A stretch of 63,395 nt of DNA, the filler included, from Folioceros fuciformis (taxonomy: Eukaryota), in NCBI GenBank assembly GCA_049999805.1. It is 11 parts of 11 records of this genome, joined end to end, with 100 filler letters (N's around TTAATTAATTAA, not from the genome) between each part and the next. Parts side by side here need not be neighbours in the genome. Positions count along the whole stretch, not along the records: positions 13,837 to 20,180 come from JBNGIO010001460.1; positions 20,281 to 24,937 come from JBNGIO010001461.1; positions 25,038 to 28,034 come from JBNGIO010001462.1; 8 more parts are not named here. One strand, written 5' to 3'. A program made the translations under genes and the position numbers. The number at the start of each line of letters is the position of its first letter. Within the stretch, counting starts at the first letter, position 1. Shown here one piece after another: positions 13,837 to 27,220 of the stretch. The notes beneath the pieces were generated by a model that saw only the letters and a program-made list of their open reading frames with translations, was not told the origin of the DNA and did not search any database.

Positions 13837-15954
13837 TGCCTGGCTACCACATTTGGTAACGGACTATCTTCAGGATGTGTGGTCAACTTAGGCGCCCAGG
13901 TCACGTCTGTTATGTGTATCGAGGTAAGTCATGATGCATTCGAATTCATGTCTGCAGTTAATTTGTGCATTGCCAGATAGGGCTTGATCATGGTTCATCA
14001 CCAAACTTGTCCAGGACGGAGTGGGTTTCCCTTCATCACAGGTCACTCTGCAGTTTGGAGGAGAGGTAATCGAAGAGAACACATTTGGCCATAAAGTATC
14101 ATTGGCAACCTGTGGTTTTGTCTTCGCAGATATTTGATGCCTCACTGACAGAGGTTGGGTTGTACTATGCAGGATGTATCCAGATGCCTGCTTTGGGTTC
14201 AGAAGAGATGGCGAACCTGGCCACCTGTAATAACTGATCCGCTATTTGACCCTTTATCGATGCTGCTGCTAGACCAAATCAAAGAGAAAAATTGTGTCCT
14301 AGCTGTATGTATTTCTGAACTCTCTACTCTGAATTTGGTGCGTGAAATCTTCATAATCTGCTTGATCTTTTGATTGGCTGACTGGGTCAGGGAGGAGATC
14401 ATACCACTGTCATCAAGCTGCCGGACCCATTAGCAGGGAATCCAAGGCGTTACTTTCTTGTGACGATGACAGCCTTAAATGTGAGTAATGACCTGCTTTG
14501 TAACCAGTTTTCTCTCTATGTATAGTAGTTCCGAGTAGATGGTCTTCGTGATGATGCTGCTGCTCCTCATGACGCAGATTCCTCCGTTGGGATTGTTCTA
14601 TCCAGCCCTGCTTACTCCTGAAGAATACATGCCACTCACGCGGCCCTGGTACAGCCTCACATATCGTTAGCTCCTGTGTTCTGGTGATGAAGCAGAGATG
14701 CTGGTCACATACAGGTGGGAGGCATCTTGACTCGCATGGCTGACATGAACTTGGGACTGTGATTCTAGGTATCACGTAGACCATGAGGATACTTTAGATG
14801 ATTCATCTCTAGAGACATCAAAGAAGTCGGATGGAGGCGATTTAGGGCTCTGGAATAACTTGTCATCCAGTAGTACTAGTAGTAGTAGTAATAGCACCAT
14901 CTCAGATCAATCGTCAGCGAACATACCAAGGGCCTCCAAGTCTAGCTCGTCAAGTGGGTCAGATAACTCTGTGACCTTGGTTAGAGCGAAGCCTGGCATT
15001 TCGACCTGCACAATGAGTTTGTCAGAGGCTATTATTCACAGTATCCAGTCTCTAGGTAGGCGGTTGTACTGACCTCTTGAGCATTTTTGGTGATCTTTCT
15101 TGCAAGAAACCATCTATGTGATGCAGACCGGCCTGATCCATGGCAGTTGACTTTGCCACATTTACAAAGCAACTGGGTGAGCGCTGGGTTCACATGTTCG
15201 TTTTCTTTTCTTGTAGGTCGTCCCGATATTTACAAGAAAATGTTCACAAGCCTGCAGCTCGTAAGTGGACTTTGTGCTGGGATTGCAATATCTTATGGCT
15301 GAAAGAAGCGCTGCGGGCACCTCGAAGATGACCTCAATGTGGAAATGTGTAGGTCGGTGGTGCTGCTTCGACGAGAGGATTGGTAGATGCGGTGGAAGAG
15401 AGGTAAATTAGGATGATAAGACATTTCACAGCCCTAGAACTTCAAGAGTAAGGTGGACAGCAATCCTAGTTCTGATGGCGTCGGGTTTTCGTGTTGGCAG
15501 GGTGCTTCATGATATTCCTTCAACCGAGCCTGTAGATACCGTTGAGGTTTGTGCATCAAAGGAAAAACATTTCCTACGCCCTGATGCTGGTGCTAATTGG
15601 CCTATTTTGTCGTGATTGTATGCTTACAGTCTTTTCTGATGTGATGGCGTTCCGTTTGGCTCGCAGGTGTCGCCGAATCGAATGAACCCCAGTTTTGTGG
15701 CTTGGAAAGGAGGATCGGTATGAATCTTGAAAGGACCTGATGTGCTGTTGTATGGCTTGTGTTATGTTTTGACGTTGAACTTTGGGCGATTGCAGATATT
15801 TGGAGTGTTGGACACAGCCAGAGACACGTGGCTACAGAGAGAGGACTGGGTAGAGGGAGGGGTGCATGTTGGATCCACGCGGAAATACAAGGACTCGCAT
15901 GCCCAACAAGCTCAAGCTTTCTGGTATTGCTCGCAGTTTGAGCAGCAACAATGA
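13837..15954 (+). CDS. ARP9: Nuclear actin-related protein 9 (Arp8-like, INO80 complex), 3' part, multi-exon
   Basis: TFGNGLSSGCVVNLGAQ, DVSRCLLWVQ, PPLGLFYP, VAWKGG, IFGVLDTARDTWLQREDW...RKYKDS match plant ARP9. Confidence 0.88.
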
Positions 15955-17955
15955 CATACTCCTCCTCGTCGGGTCCAGCGGTCCGTGGGCGCGTTCACGC
16001 TAATGATTTGAGAAAAGGCATGGGAGTGATGTCCAATGTACGACTCCTACGCGCTGCAAGAAAGGAAAAACCAGGGTATGCATGCCCAATGCATCATCTG
16101 GAGCAGCATTGGGGAGCAAGCTCGTTGACGTGCCCTGTTTGACCTCTTGTCGTGTAAAGGAGTCCTTTTCCCTTTAGCACTTGCACGACAGCAGCAGCGG
16201 CTGCTGTTGAAGTAGAAGTATCCATCTATGAAAGCCTGATTTAGGCGGGTGCATGATTGAGAGAAAGGCGGGTGCGACTGTTTGTCATGTTATCCGAATG
16301 TACGAGATCCCCTCCGTCTCCCCACAGTGCCGGTTTCTGTATCCAGAACCCTTGGGGAATGTTTGGAAGCAGTAACAGTGACAAGAAGCGGCAGGCGGAC
16401 AGCTCTCACACACATGAGGTCAGGTAAGGCGAGTCACAGAGGGCACTGCAAATTAATTGCTCTCCTCTTCCAGATGCGCATTCGTAGTCGACATACAACA
16501 TGCTGTACATAATGATTTATCCCTGGGTCTGGATTCATCTTCGGCGCACGCGTTGCTGTCAGCAGAATTTGGAGAGGGGAATGATGTTCTTGACTGTCAG
16601 CCAAGATCAGGCGCCTTCCCGACCTGGGCCTGCTTGGAGCGTGTGATTACGTGCGTTTGTTTCGAGCTCTCGACTGGAGGCCTGCCCAGCCCTGCGCTGC
16701 AGTGCGGTGCGAGAGTGCAGGTGACAGACATTGTGGAGGTCTCCTGCACAGCCTGGGCTTAGGGGAGACTGGAACCGACAGACACACATGAGCCGGAAAG
16801 CGTGAAATGACTGTATTCTGGGAACTTGGGAAGCCAGAGAATTGTCAAGTACATGACCAGAACTGTGACCCAACGAGTGTTTAATGTACATACATACATA
16901 CATGGGGCACCAACTAAACGTGCGGAAAATATGAGGTTCCGGGCACCAGGGCGGCCCTTCGGACTCGCAGGAGGAGGGCATACCAGCCCGCGGCAAAGGT
17001 AACCAAGCTTGCTTGCATCCCCGGGAGACTGCAGCTCCAGCAGAACTTGGAACGTGATGAAGGACTTGGTGCCGTAAAGGGAATTCCCACTCAGATCATG
17101 TCTTCTCCTTCTTCTGCTCTGAGATTATATGGTCACAGTGGCGACTGGACTTGTCAAAAGACTAGGCCGTGCTCGCCCCTCAAGATCAGCAACCACTGTG
17201 TGTAAGTCTAAGCTAGGAGGTGAAGGAGGGGTGCGGCTCGTGTGGAATATAGCTCTCACACTCACTTCACTCGGTCACCAACTGCGGTTGGACGACCTGG
17301 GATGGGCTCGCTTCCAAATGACCCACAGCTGACTGGCTGGCTGGCTGGCTGGCAAAAGCAGGCAGACAGGCAGACAAGACTGGCAAGCAGGCAGGCAAAA
17401 TTCATTTGGAGCAGCAGCAGCGCTGCCAAAAAAGGTGGGAAGGAGGGAGGGGTAGGGAATCCGGAGCAACTCAGCGGGTCCCGGACCGGACCGTCTGATG
17501 GTCCTTATAAGGACTTTTCTTGCATGCTGCTGGACACTGCCACCTCTCCGGAGCGAGACACTCGGCCAGCTTCTTCTTCCCTTTCTGCAACACAAAGGAA
17601 CTAAGAAAATTGAACAAGGAAATAGAAGGATGATGACCGACCAACTAACTGCATTCAACAAACGACTTGGCAGCTAGCAGAGCGCAACTAGTCTAGCATC
17701 TGGAGTATACATCGATCTACATCTAAATAAGTAGCTACATAGGGCAGGAAGGAAGGATGGATGGAAGGAAAGAAGGAAGAAGAAAAGGCAGACAAGTCAG
17801 ACAGACAGACAGACAGACAGACAGACAGGACAGGACAGACAAAGGAAAGTTGAAACGAGTGTAAACCAAAGCTGCGAGTGCGGGAGAAATGGGGGCGAGG
17901 CGAGGAGCAGAGAGAAATTGGGGCAATGGGCGGGACGGGAAAGCAGACGCTCCGA

Positions 17956-20008
17956 CTAGGAAGACTGCTGGAGGTGGGCATTGGGATTGCTACGGAGAAG
18001 GTGCTGCTGCTGCTGCTGCTGGGCGACATCGGTGCAGGACAAAGGCTCAGACTTGATGATGGCCCCGCGAGGAGAGCTGCCGCTACTAGAGCTGTCAGAG
18101 AAGGAGCCGAAGGTGGCTTTCTGGAGGACACCTGTGGGAGAGGAGGCAAGGCGGGGGCTGTCGCGCGGGCTGTTGTCCCAGCCGTCGCAGAGCAGGTTGA
18201 GGCCGGAGCTCTTGCATGCCCCGCCGGGCGCAGCAGAAGCAGCAGCAGCCGCTGCGGCGGCGGCGGCAGCAGCAGCAGCAGCAGCGGACGCGGAAGCACT
18301 AGCTCCTGCGCCTGCTCCAGCACGGGGCGTGCTGCCCGACTGCAGCACCTCCGCCAGAGGGCCACCCACCGGGGTCTCCCATGTGATGGGGATCCAGGTG
18401 GTCTGGCGATGCCTGTCGTCCGCGCAGCCCACGCCCAGCCCCATGCCCAGCGGGTCCTCCTCCCCGGTCCCGGCCCCGGCCCGCGACATGGACAGCTTGA
18501 GCGGGGACAGAAAGTGCTTGCCTCTGGGTGGGCTTGCAGCCGCCGATGCCGAGGTGGAATTGGGATTGAATCGCTGCTGGTCAGCCATGGGGATGGAAAT
18601 GGACAGCTGCGTGGTGGACGCATTCCGAGAGCTGCTGTTCCCGCCATTGCCGTTGTTGCTTCGCTCCTCTTCCACGTCCGACCAGGACATTGCGGCCGGG
18701 TCCCGACTGGGACGCGGCCAGTCATCGAAGAAGTGGCGGAGGGGCTGGCCCTCGGATTCGCGGCCCACGTTCATACTCTCTACTCCACTCGCGTAGCCGC
18801 CGAATGAGGAGGCTGAGCCCTGTTGGTGCTGGTGTTGGTGTTGTTGGGCTTGGGCCTGGGCCTGGGCCTGGGCTTGAGCTTGCGCTTGCGCCTGCGCCTG
18901 CGCCTGGGCTTGGGCCTGCGCCTGGGCCTGGGCTTGAACCTGCGCCTGGGCCTGGGCCTGGGCCTGCGCCTGAGCCGCCGCAGCCGCAGCCGCCAAAGAC
19001 ATGTTCACCTGCTGCTGCTGGCTGGCGTCTGACATGAAGCCCAGATCCTGGCCCAGAATAGAGCGCATCTGCGAGCTGTGGCTGTGATACTGAAGAAGCT
19101 GCGCCTTGGGCAGCGGCGCCGGCGGCACCTTAGGCGACATGTTCCGCCACGCATTGGCCATGCTCGACGGCAGCATGGACAGATTACCCACAGACTGAGG
19201 ATCCTGACCTAGCCCCCGCGCGCTGCCCGACGCCTCCGAGAAGAGCATCTGCTCCGCTCCCATACCCACTTCCTGCTTAATGTGGGCGCCTAGATGGTAT
19301 CTGCATAACACGCAAACACGAAGGCAAAGCAGGCACGAGCCGGCATTGGTGAGCAGCTCCAGCCACCAAGCAGCAGCGACAACAACGGCAGCGGGCAGTG
19401 CAAGGCAGTGCACGTTCAAGCGAGCTGTGCATCAATCCTCCCAAACTTGGAATGAATCCATATTCTACGAATCCTTGGCACACACACAAGAAACAGGAGC
19501 CACAGAAACGCGAGACGTGAAACACACCTGCTGTTGTTAGCGAGAGCAGAGGGCAAGGGGAACTGCGAGGCCCCGGGCGACGGCGAGCCCGCTCCAGACA
19601 TGTTCATGGAATGGCTGCTGCTTCCATAGGTCTTGGCAGTCAGCGCGGCGGACACAGCCTGGTGCTGAGCTGAGTTGACGCTCATGGTGGGGCGCAGATT
19701 TGAGTGCGACAGGGTGGCCCCGGTGCTGGGCTGCGAGGAGGCTCCCCCGCGGGTGGCTCCCACGCCTCCGGCAGTCGGCGACGTGGTTGAGGAGGCGCTG
19801 GCTCCTGACGCCTGGGCGGAGGAGGAGGACTGGCCGTCCACCGGCTTGCGGGAACGGTGTCGGCCGCGGTGCATATGACGCTCGCAATATTTCTGGTCGG
19901 GCACCACGTCTCTGGAGCATCTCCACTTCTTGCCATCGGTTCTGCGGCATCTGCCGGGCTCCGGGTCCGTGTTGGTGGGCACTCCCAGGTGGAATGAACC
20001 CCATCCCA
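17956..20008 (-). CDS. GRF: Growth-regulating factor (GRF) transcription factor, 5' (QLQ) exons missing at contig break; exons 20008..19528 and 19300..17956
   Basis: WRC domain [44 protein letters not shown]-terminal FFD (LRHFFDDWP), TQL (TQLSISIPM) and GGPL (VGGPLAEVL) motifs. Confidence 0.95.
18846..18975 (-). repeat. Coding hexanucleotide repeat encoding an (AQ)n tract in GRF
   Basis: (GCCCAG/GCGCAG)n giving about 20 AQ dipeptides, preceded by poly-Ala and followed by QHQH. Confidence 0.9.
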
Positions 20009-20280
20009 CTGCAAAATCGCACACAACATACGTGACCCGGGTCAGACGTGGGAGTGTGGCATTCGAGCGTACAATGCCAAATTGCAGGTAAGTGGGAATT
20101 GAAAGGAGGCGCAAAGCAGAAGAAGGGGCAGGAGGAGAATGCACCCGGAAGAATGAGTGGAGGAGTGTGAGCGTGCATTGNNNNNNNNNNNNNNNNNNNN
20201 NNNNNNNNNNNNNNNNNNNNNNNNTTAATTAATTAANNNNNNNNNNNNNNNNNNNNNNNNNNNNNNNNNNNNNNNNNNNN

Positions 20281-20414
20281 CTTGGCACATCCGGGTAAGA
20301 ACTTCTTGGCACATCCGGGTAAGAACTTCTTGGCACATCCGGGTAAGAACTTCTTGGCACATCCGGGTAAGAACTTCTTGGCACATCCGGGTAAGAACTT
20401 CTTGGCACATCCGG
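20281..20414. repeat. Perfect 24-bp minisatellite (CTTGGCACATCCGGGTAAGAACTT), 5 full units plus a partial, truncated by contig start
   Basis: Identical units with no spacers between them. Confidence 0.95.
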
Positions 20415-21692
20415 AGAACTTAGACGCTAGCATTGTTGATCCTTAAATACATTCACAGATGCAGATGTTATTGATAATACATCAAGGTCACAAAAGATAT
20501 AAAACATTCTACACATATAATGATTTAAAAACAATATACATATATATTAAAATAATTTCTTTCAGAGCATTCACTACGCGTGCACCATAAAGGACCAAGT
20601 TAGATTGCTTACTAAAAATGAGCGTACGCGGAGAAGAGATTGGACGACCAACCAAGATTTCTTCCTGGAGGCTGGCGCAGGCGGAAGTGAGATTGAAGGA
20701 CTACAAATAATTTTTTAGTAGTATCATTGACATCATTTGAGGCTGCCGACAGTGCAGCTAGCGCCAAAGTATTTCGGTACTGGTACGGTTCACGAGGCCA
20801 GACCTGATGTGTGGCAGGCTTGCAGCTCTGCTTGACGCTGAGCCCCGGGGCAGCAAGACAAAACATCTTGCCATCTGAGATAGATATGGCCTTGAAATTG
20901 TTAAACATCCCGACAGACAGACACCCAGCGGAAATCAGGAAAAAAGCATCTCGAAGACCTGAAAAGTTGCCCATACCTACAACACCGGATCAAGGTACAA
21001 ACATCTGCTCTCACTAGGCTGCCAGAAATGTGCAACTTGAAACACGCGGGGACACCCAGAAGTCTTTCCAGCTCTGGGAGGAACCTATCCAGGACGTCTC
21101 GAGGTAAAGCCAAACACAGTCAACAACACCACCAACTTCAGGGCATCAGAGTAACCAGGAATGCTTCGGCATTGGCAGCATTGAACTGCCTACGTCGAGC
21201 GAACCAATGTTTGTCATCCTTGCCCTTGACCATTGAAACTCTAGGTTAAGCTATGCTACCCGACAGAACATCAATAACAAATGCATTGCAAACCGGAAAG
21301 CGAAAGACGAAGCCGCTACTGACACTGTCCACCAGCCTTCACCACAGGGTACAGAGGACACGGCCGGGGACGATCCGAGCTGCTCCGACATCACACCGAG
21401 GTCAGATTGATGAAATGAGAGCACAGCTGAGCATGACCTAACCCGAGCGTTTTAAAGGCCACCGGAATCACGGGTCGCTTGTCGATCGGATGAAACCACG
21501 TCCCAAATGACGACCCGGTGCAATATTTTAAAAACTCGTACGAATGTACATTGCATGTTGTTCCGGAGTCGTTGCTGTGTGTCGTGTAGCCCGGATTTGA
21601 ACAGTTGAGGAATCGGCATGGAGCTTGATCGTCCGGGGGCTTGTTGATCTCACTGCGAAGGCTCCGAGAGAGTCAAATTGGGCCCGCCCCTC

Positions 21693-23695
21693 ATGACTGA
21701 GAATGGTGATACGACCTCTTCCGGGCCCGATCCGCCACCTTCGGGCTCGGAGTTGATCATTCTGGGATCGGGTTCTTCAACCGGGGTGCCCAGCCCAATC
21801 TGTTTGCTCCGACCAACAGTGCCACCTTGCGCTGTCTGTCAAAGTGCCATGGCCTTGCCACCGGACGTCAATAAGAACTACAGGTCTGTTGTTTGCAGGG
21901 AAATGCTTGTGTGAAGAGAGGTAGGGTTACGTTGTGTCTGTGACATTGAAAGTGGTTCGTCAGACGCCTGTCTTCAATTTTACAGGCGATTAAATGGCTG
22001 GAGTGGTGGCTTGTAGCTGTTGAAAAAATGGTGTGTTGTCTCACCCGATTTGGGACTGACAATGACTTCGCAATATGTAGGTGTAACCCGTCTCTTTTGA
22101 TCAAGTATGTCGATGCTAATGAAAATTGCAGCTACATCCAGATCGATGCTGGCAAGACCTTTAGGGAGCAAGTTCTCCGCTGGTACTTGCGGTACAACGT
22201 TCCGAGGCTAGATGCTGTGAGGTGCCTTTCCTTGTCCATGATCTGCCTTTTCTGTCAGATCGAAATGTGTTTTGCTTCTGGTTTTTGGAGCTGTTGGGCG
22301 GGGCCCAGAGTAACTTTGATGTATGTTCTCATGTAGGGTTTTGTTGTTCTGCAGCTTATTTTGACACATGAGCATGCTGATGCTGTTTTAGGTCTGGATG
22401 ACATAAGGGGGGTGCAACCGTACAACATGCACAATGACATCAATCCCATGCCCGTATTTCTTTCTCAGCACACTATGGCAAGGTCAGCTTGGAGATGTTG
22501 CCCTGTTATGTCATCTCTTTGCGACCTAGTGGATATGTGTGGCACTCTGTGCAGAGCTTTCTTGCCCATTGCCTCTTGCGTGCTGCTTTCAGCATCTCAG
22601 AAAAGTTCCCCTACCTAGTGCAAAAGCAAGCGAAGCCAGGGCAAGAAATAAGGCGGGTTGCTCAACTGGACTGGCAAGTAATCGAGACATCTTGCGACAA
22701 ACCTTTCGTGGCCTCAGGACTGGAGATTGTTCCGCTGCCCGTAAGTTGTGCTAAAAATTAATCCGTTTTGGTCTGTATGGCATAAGCAGCAGCGTGCATG
22801 CTCCCTTTGGCTCGGCATTGCAGAGTTGAGTGTGAAAAATCGTATAGAAGACCTCGTGCTGCATTCCTACAGGTCATGCATGGAGAGGACTACGTATCTC
22901 TCGGCTTCTCATTTGGAAAGCAAGCTCGAGTTGTTTACATATCAGATGTGTCGCGCATTCCTGATGAAACAGAGCGAGGTTTGGCAGCTCCCAACCCAGA
23001 TGTGTGGGTCTCACTGACTCAGCAGGCTCGTGAGTCCTGTATAATTGTGCTCATCTGCATCTTTTCGGCTGGTCGTCTGTAGTGATCATGAAGGCGGGAG
23101 CAGGTTCAACGGATATGGAGCTGGGGAATGCAAATTCCGACATGCTCCCTGTATCCCTGCTTATCATAGACTGTCTTTACAAGGTATGTCCCGATTAGGG
23201 TCGTTTGTGGTTGGAGCGAAGCTGCAAAAAGCTTGTGCATTATTTCATCCCCCTGGCAAGCTATAACCAGGATGGACTGCATTCTCACTGCAGAAAGGAC
23301 CTCACAACACACACTTTTGCCTGGCCGACGTAAGATCGCTGGCCTTCGCGTTTTTGCTTTCCATGAACAATGAATGAGCAACTTTGTTAACTTCGTAACC
23401 GTGCAGTCCCTCATTACCGTGTTGCATGTGTGACGACAAGACAGAGTCTGGCCGCCATCAAGCGCCTGCGCCCCAAGCGGGCTCTGCTGATCGGCATGAC
23501 CCACGAGTTCGACCACGACACAGACAATGCAGAGCTGAGAGCCTGGTCCCAAAGGTAAGGGCAGCCGGCATGGTGTCAGGAGAGATGCATCATGCAAAGT
23601 GGTTGCTGACGTGGTCTCCTGGCGTGCGTGTTGGCAGGGAAGGCTCGGACGTGCAGCTCGCATACGACGGGATGCGCATTCCGATCGATCTGTGA
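21693..23695 (+). CDS. Metallo-beta-lactamase-fold hydrolase (PhnP/C777.06c-like), multi-exon
   Basis: ILGSGSSTGVP, RCNPSLLI, IQIDAGKTFREQ, metal motif THEHADAVLGLDD, VMHGED, YISDVS, IGMTHEFDH, AYDGMRI. Confidence 0.9.
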
Positions 23696-25037
23696 CCAGA
23701 GCCGATCCCACCCGACATGTATCCGTAGCAACAACGTCGGAGTCGAGATTAGAGCTGGCAGGGCCGCCTAGCAGCAGTGTAGGTGATATAGCAAGGTAGG
23801 TAGATAGTGCGGTGATGCGCATGACAGTGAGAAACGAGGCGAGAAAGCGAAAAAACATGGCCGTGGCGGGCCTTTGGTTGACGCCACCAATGCTGGTGCT
23901 ACACCATAACCGTGTTCCCGTGAATGACTCGCAAGTGGCACGCGGTGTGTGCCATCCGTCGGGCGCAGAGAGCATCTGAGGGGAAGGAAATGCGGCGAGA
24001 TTAGACGACGAGCGGGAAGGAAATAGGAAGCCTGAGGACGAGGCTCTGTGCGAACTGCACATGGCAAGAGGCAACGCGACCTCCGGCGTCCGGCAAGCCC
24101 GATCGGATCTTCCTCCCACCACGATTCGCGACTCGTGAGTAGTCTTCACGAATCCGCAGGCCCTACGGGATGCTGGAACCCGGTCTCCCGGTGTGGGTGT
24201 GGGGCTGGGTTTGGTCTGGGTCCCGGTTCCCGACCTGAGGTCGTGCGAACAAGACTCGCTTCCCTCTTCGTTAGCTACCTACCCCCGCTGGCGGTGTATG
24301 CGTTAAATTGCCGGGGGTAGCCAGGAGCGACCGGTCGGGCCCCGGGGCACGGCACGGCTGGCTCGCCACGGCGCAGGTCCTGCACGGCAGACTCCAGAGC
24401 AGAGCACGGCACGGCACGGCACGGCACGGCCTGGCAGATTACAGACATACCCAGGCTGCCACAGGGCAAAAGCCGGAGCCTGCCTGCTCGCTCGGCCCTG
24501 GCCTTGCCTTGCTCTGCCTTGCCTTTCCTTGCCTTGCTTGCTTGCAATAGGACACACAGCTTCTTGGCGTGAGCGAGTGCCCGCGAAGAGCAGAGCCTAG
24601 TGCAGGGAGATACAGAAGAAGGTGGAGCAGGACGAAGAAGGAGGAGGCAGGAGAAGAAGAGACAGGAGTTCGGTGAGGAGGAGGAGGAGGTCCTGGTCCT
24701 GGAAGAAAAAGAAGACGAGAGGAGACTAAGAGAGAAGGGGAAAAAAGAGGAGCGGTGTGGTTCGGCCTTGGGGCGAGTGTGATCCTGGATCCCTCTGTTG
24801 TGTTCTGAGGGGACGCACGATCCGAATGCTCCTGGTGAGCGTCTGTCCCGCGCTGTGCTGACCTGACCTGACCTGAGGCTGTACCCCCCTGGTGGGCTGT
24901 CCGGCGCTGGGTTGTGCGGTGGTGGGCTATCCTGTCTNNNNNNNNNNNNNNNNNNNNNNNNNNNNNNNNNNNNNNNNNNNNTTAATTAATTAANNNNNNN
25001 NNNNNNNNNNNNNNNNNNNNNNNNNNNNNNNNNNNNN

Positions 25038-25717
25038 TAGACTTGAGAGAGTTAGCCTTGTCTCACGATTATCTTCTAACACAGGGGTCTCTTGTCGATG
25101 TGCAGCCGTTCGCCTTCTACATTCAGCCCTGTGCTGACTTCTGTTGAGAGGAGGATTGAGCTGTGACTCAAAGATCAACTCAGCTAGCCTTTGAGAACGA
25201 CTAGAGGAAGGGTAAGATGCCTCTGTCTGATAGCTATCTGAATTCCAGCCAGCTGACTGACACCTAGCCCTGTGATCGCAGAAATTCACAAGAGCCCGAT
25301 GAGGACGATTGGAATTCCTACGAGTCATATCGACAAGATTTCCTAGCAACTTTAGATTGCATTATTTGTTAGAATTTTTGACATTCTCCAGAATCAATTA
25401 ACCTAGTGCCAAACATGCAGGGCCTACAATCCATCATGCACATGAGGTAGCCTACTCTAAAAATAGAGTGAGCTGTCTTATGTGCAAGGTGCGCCTGAGA
25501 GGCTCATCATCACGACACTAGATTGTATTGAGCTCTGATACCATGTAAATAAAGCGGAAGCTCTCGTGTACACGAAACAAGTGCACAAGCAGGAATGAAT
25601 TTAATTAAGACAAAGTATGCTTAAATACAAAAATGTCCGTGTAACCCTAAGTTACTGTTTAATAAACCACCCTAAATAAATTAACCTAAGGGCGTGGTTA
25701 AACACCATTTACTAACA
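25038..25717 (-). mobile_element. Ty1/copia-type element 5' end: LTR 25544..25717, tRNA-iMet PBS at 25532..25543, decayed internal region
   Basis: Reverse strand reads TG...CA LTR followed immediately by TGGTATCAGAGC. Confidence 0.75.
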
Positions 25718-27220
25718 ATTTGCCAATAGGACAGATACTTGGATGGAAGGCCCAAGAAGGGCAATTGGGAGGAGGAGGCGTACAGTAGAAAAGAGGAGGT
25801 CAGAATGCCTCCATGGAGGGATCTGAAGGGGGACAAGGGACCCCCTGTCCAAGCAGAAGGAGGGTCTGCCGTGGTGACACACAGGGTCAGCCCTGCACTC
25901 GACAGTTGGTGACCCAGGAGGTCAAAAGGTTTCTAGAGACATGAGAAATGCCAGCTGGGTTGAGTAGGGAGGGGAGAGCACTCTTCCTTCACAAGGCAGG
26001 TCCTTACTACTTGAGGAGAGGGGTGTTGTATAAGGTGGGACCTGACGAGAAGATCTGACGATGTTTGGAGCTTGGTGAGGTAACTATGGTAACACTAGCC
26101 TTACACGCTGAGGAGGCAGGAGGGCACTACTTCACACACATAACCATTAAGAAGATTTTGGATGCGGGGTTTTGGTGGCCCACCATACAGAGGGATGTGT
26201 GGGAGTTTGTCAAGAGATGTGATGCTTGCCAAAGGGTGGGGAGACCAACAGCTACAACACAGTGGCCACTTCACTACGTGCTGCCACTTGCTCCTTTTGA
26301 GAAGTGGGGCATAGACTTTGTTGGCCCTATCCGTCCACCAACCAAGGGGACAAGGAAGCAGTACATCTTGGTGGTGACGGACTATTGCACTAAGATGGTG
26401 GAGGCTGAAGCTACGAGGACAAATGATGCAGCCACAATAGCCAAGTTCTTGTTTGAGAAGATCATCACTAGGTATTGCTGTCCATTGGAACTAGTTAGCG
26501 ATAGGGGGACTCATTTCTTGAATACTGTGATTTCTTCTCTAACAAGCTTCTTCAACATCCGACATCGGAAGACCACTCCGTACAACCCCAAGGCAAATGG
26601 TCTGAAGAAGAAGACAAATGGTTTGTTGGGGACCATTCTAACCAAGGTGACGGTCACACACATGTACGATTGGGACACTAAGCTGCACTCCGTGCTATGG
26701 GCATATAGGACTGTTGAGAAGGTGATGACCAAGAGGACACCTTATTATCTGACCTATGGTATGACCTCAGTCCTGCCCATCGAGTTTGAGGTCCCAACTT
26801 ACAGGGTGATAAAGGACAAAAGGCTGATAGTGGAGGAGAGCCAGGAGGCTAGGTTAGAGGCCTTGGTGGGGTGTGAGGAAGATTGTGAAGAGGCCCTTGA
26901 GGAGACCTATAGGGTGCAGGAGGGTAGGAAGCGACTTCATGACAGGAGGTTGAGGAAGCAAGAGTTGGTATAGATAGGAGACCTAGCCTTACTGTATGAT
27001 AGCAGGTACTTAGACTTTCCGGAAAAGTTAAGACTGAGATGGATGGGTCCTTATAGGGTGGAGGAAGTGTATCCCAATGGATCTGTCCAATTGCGATAAT
27101 TGGCTGGTGACCTTCTAACAAGAAGGGTAAATGGTTGGAGGGTCAAGAAGTACTTCGAGACTTAGAGGGGGAGGCCCTCTTGTGTTTGCGAGGACGCAAA
27201 TAGCTGAGGAGGGGAGTATG
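25718..27220 (+). mobile_element. Ty3/gypsy pol remnant (integrase), PPT at ~27206-27216, 3' LTR starting ~27219
   Basis: HHCC zinc finger (LHAEEAGGH...CDACQR), PFEKWGIDFVGP, LVSDRGTHF, GPY/F motif (WMGPYRV). In-frame stops, and the third catalytic Glu is replaced (NGLKKKTN). Confidence 0.9.

Noticed and set aside
17688-19037. Several long overlapping ORFs (345, 309, 271 aa)
   Set aside because: Shadow frames of the GC-rich, repeat-rich GRF exon.
20281-20414. CRISPR-like repeat array
   Set aside because: No spacers, no cas genes and a eukaryotic context; it is a plain minisatellite.
20612-21441. Short reverse-strand ORFs upstream of the hydrolase
   Set aside because: No consistent spliced product or known motif could be assembled.
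23106-24149. 347-aa reverse-strand ORF
   Set aside because: Antisense to the hydrolase's last exons; no recognisable domain.
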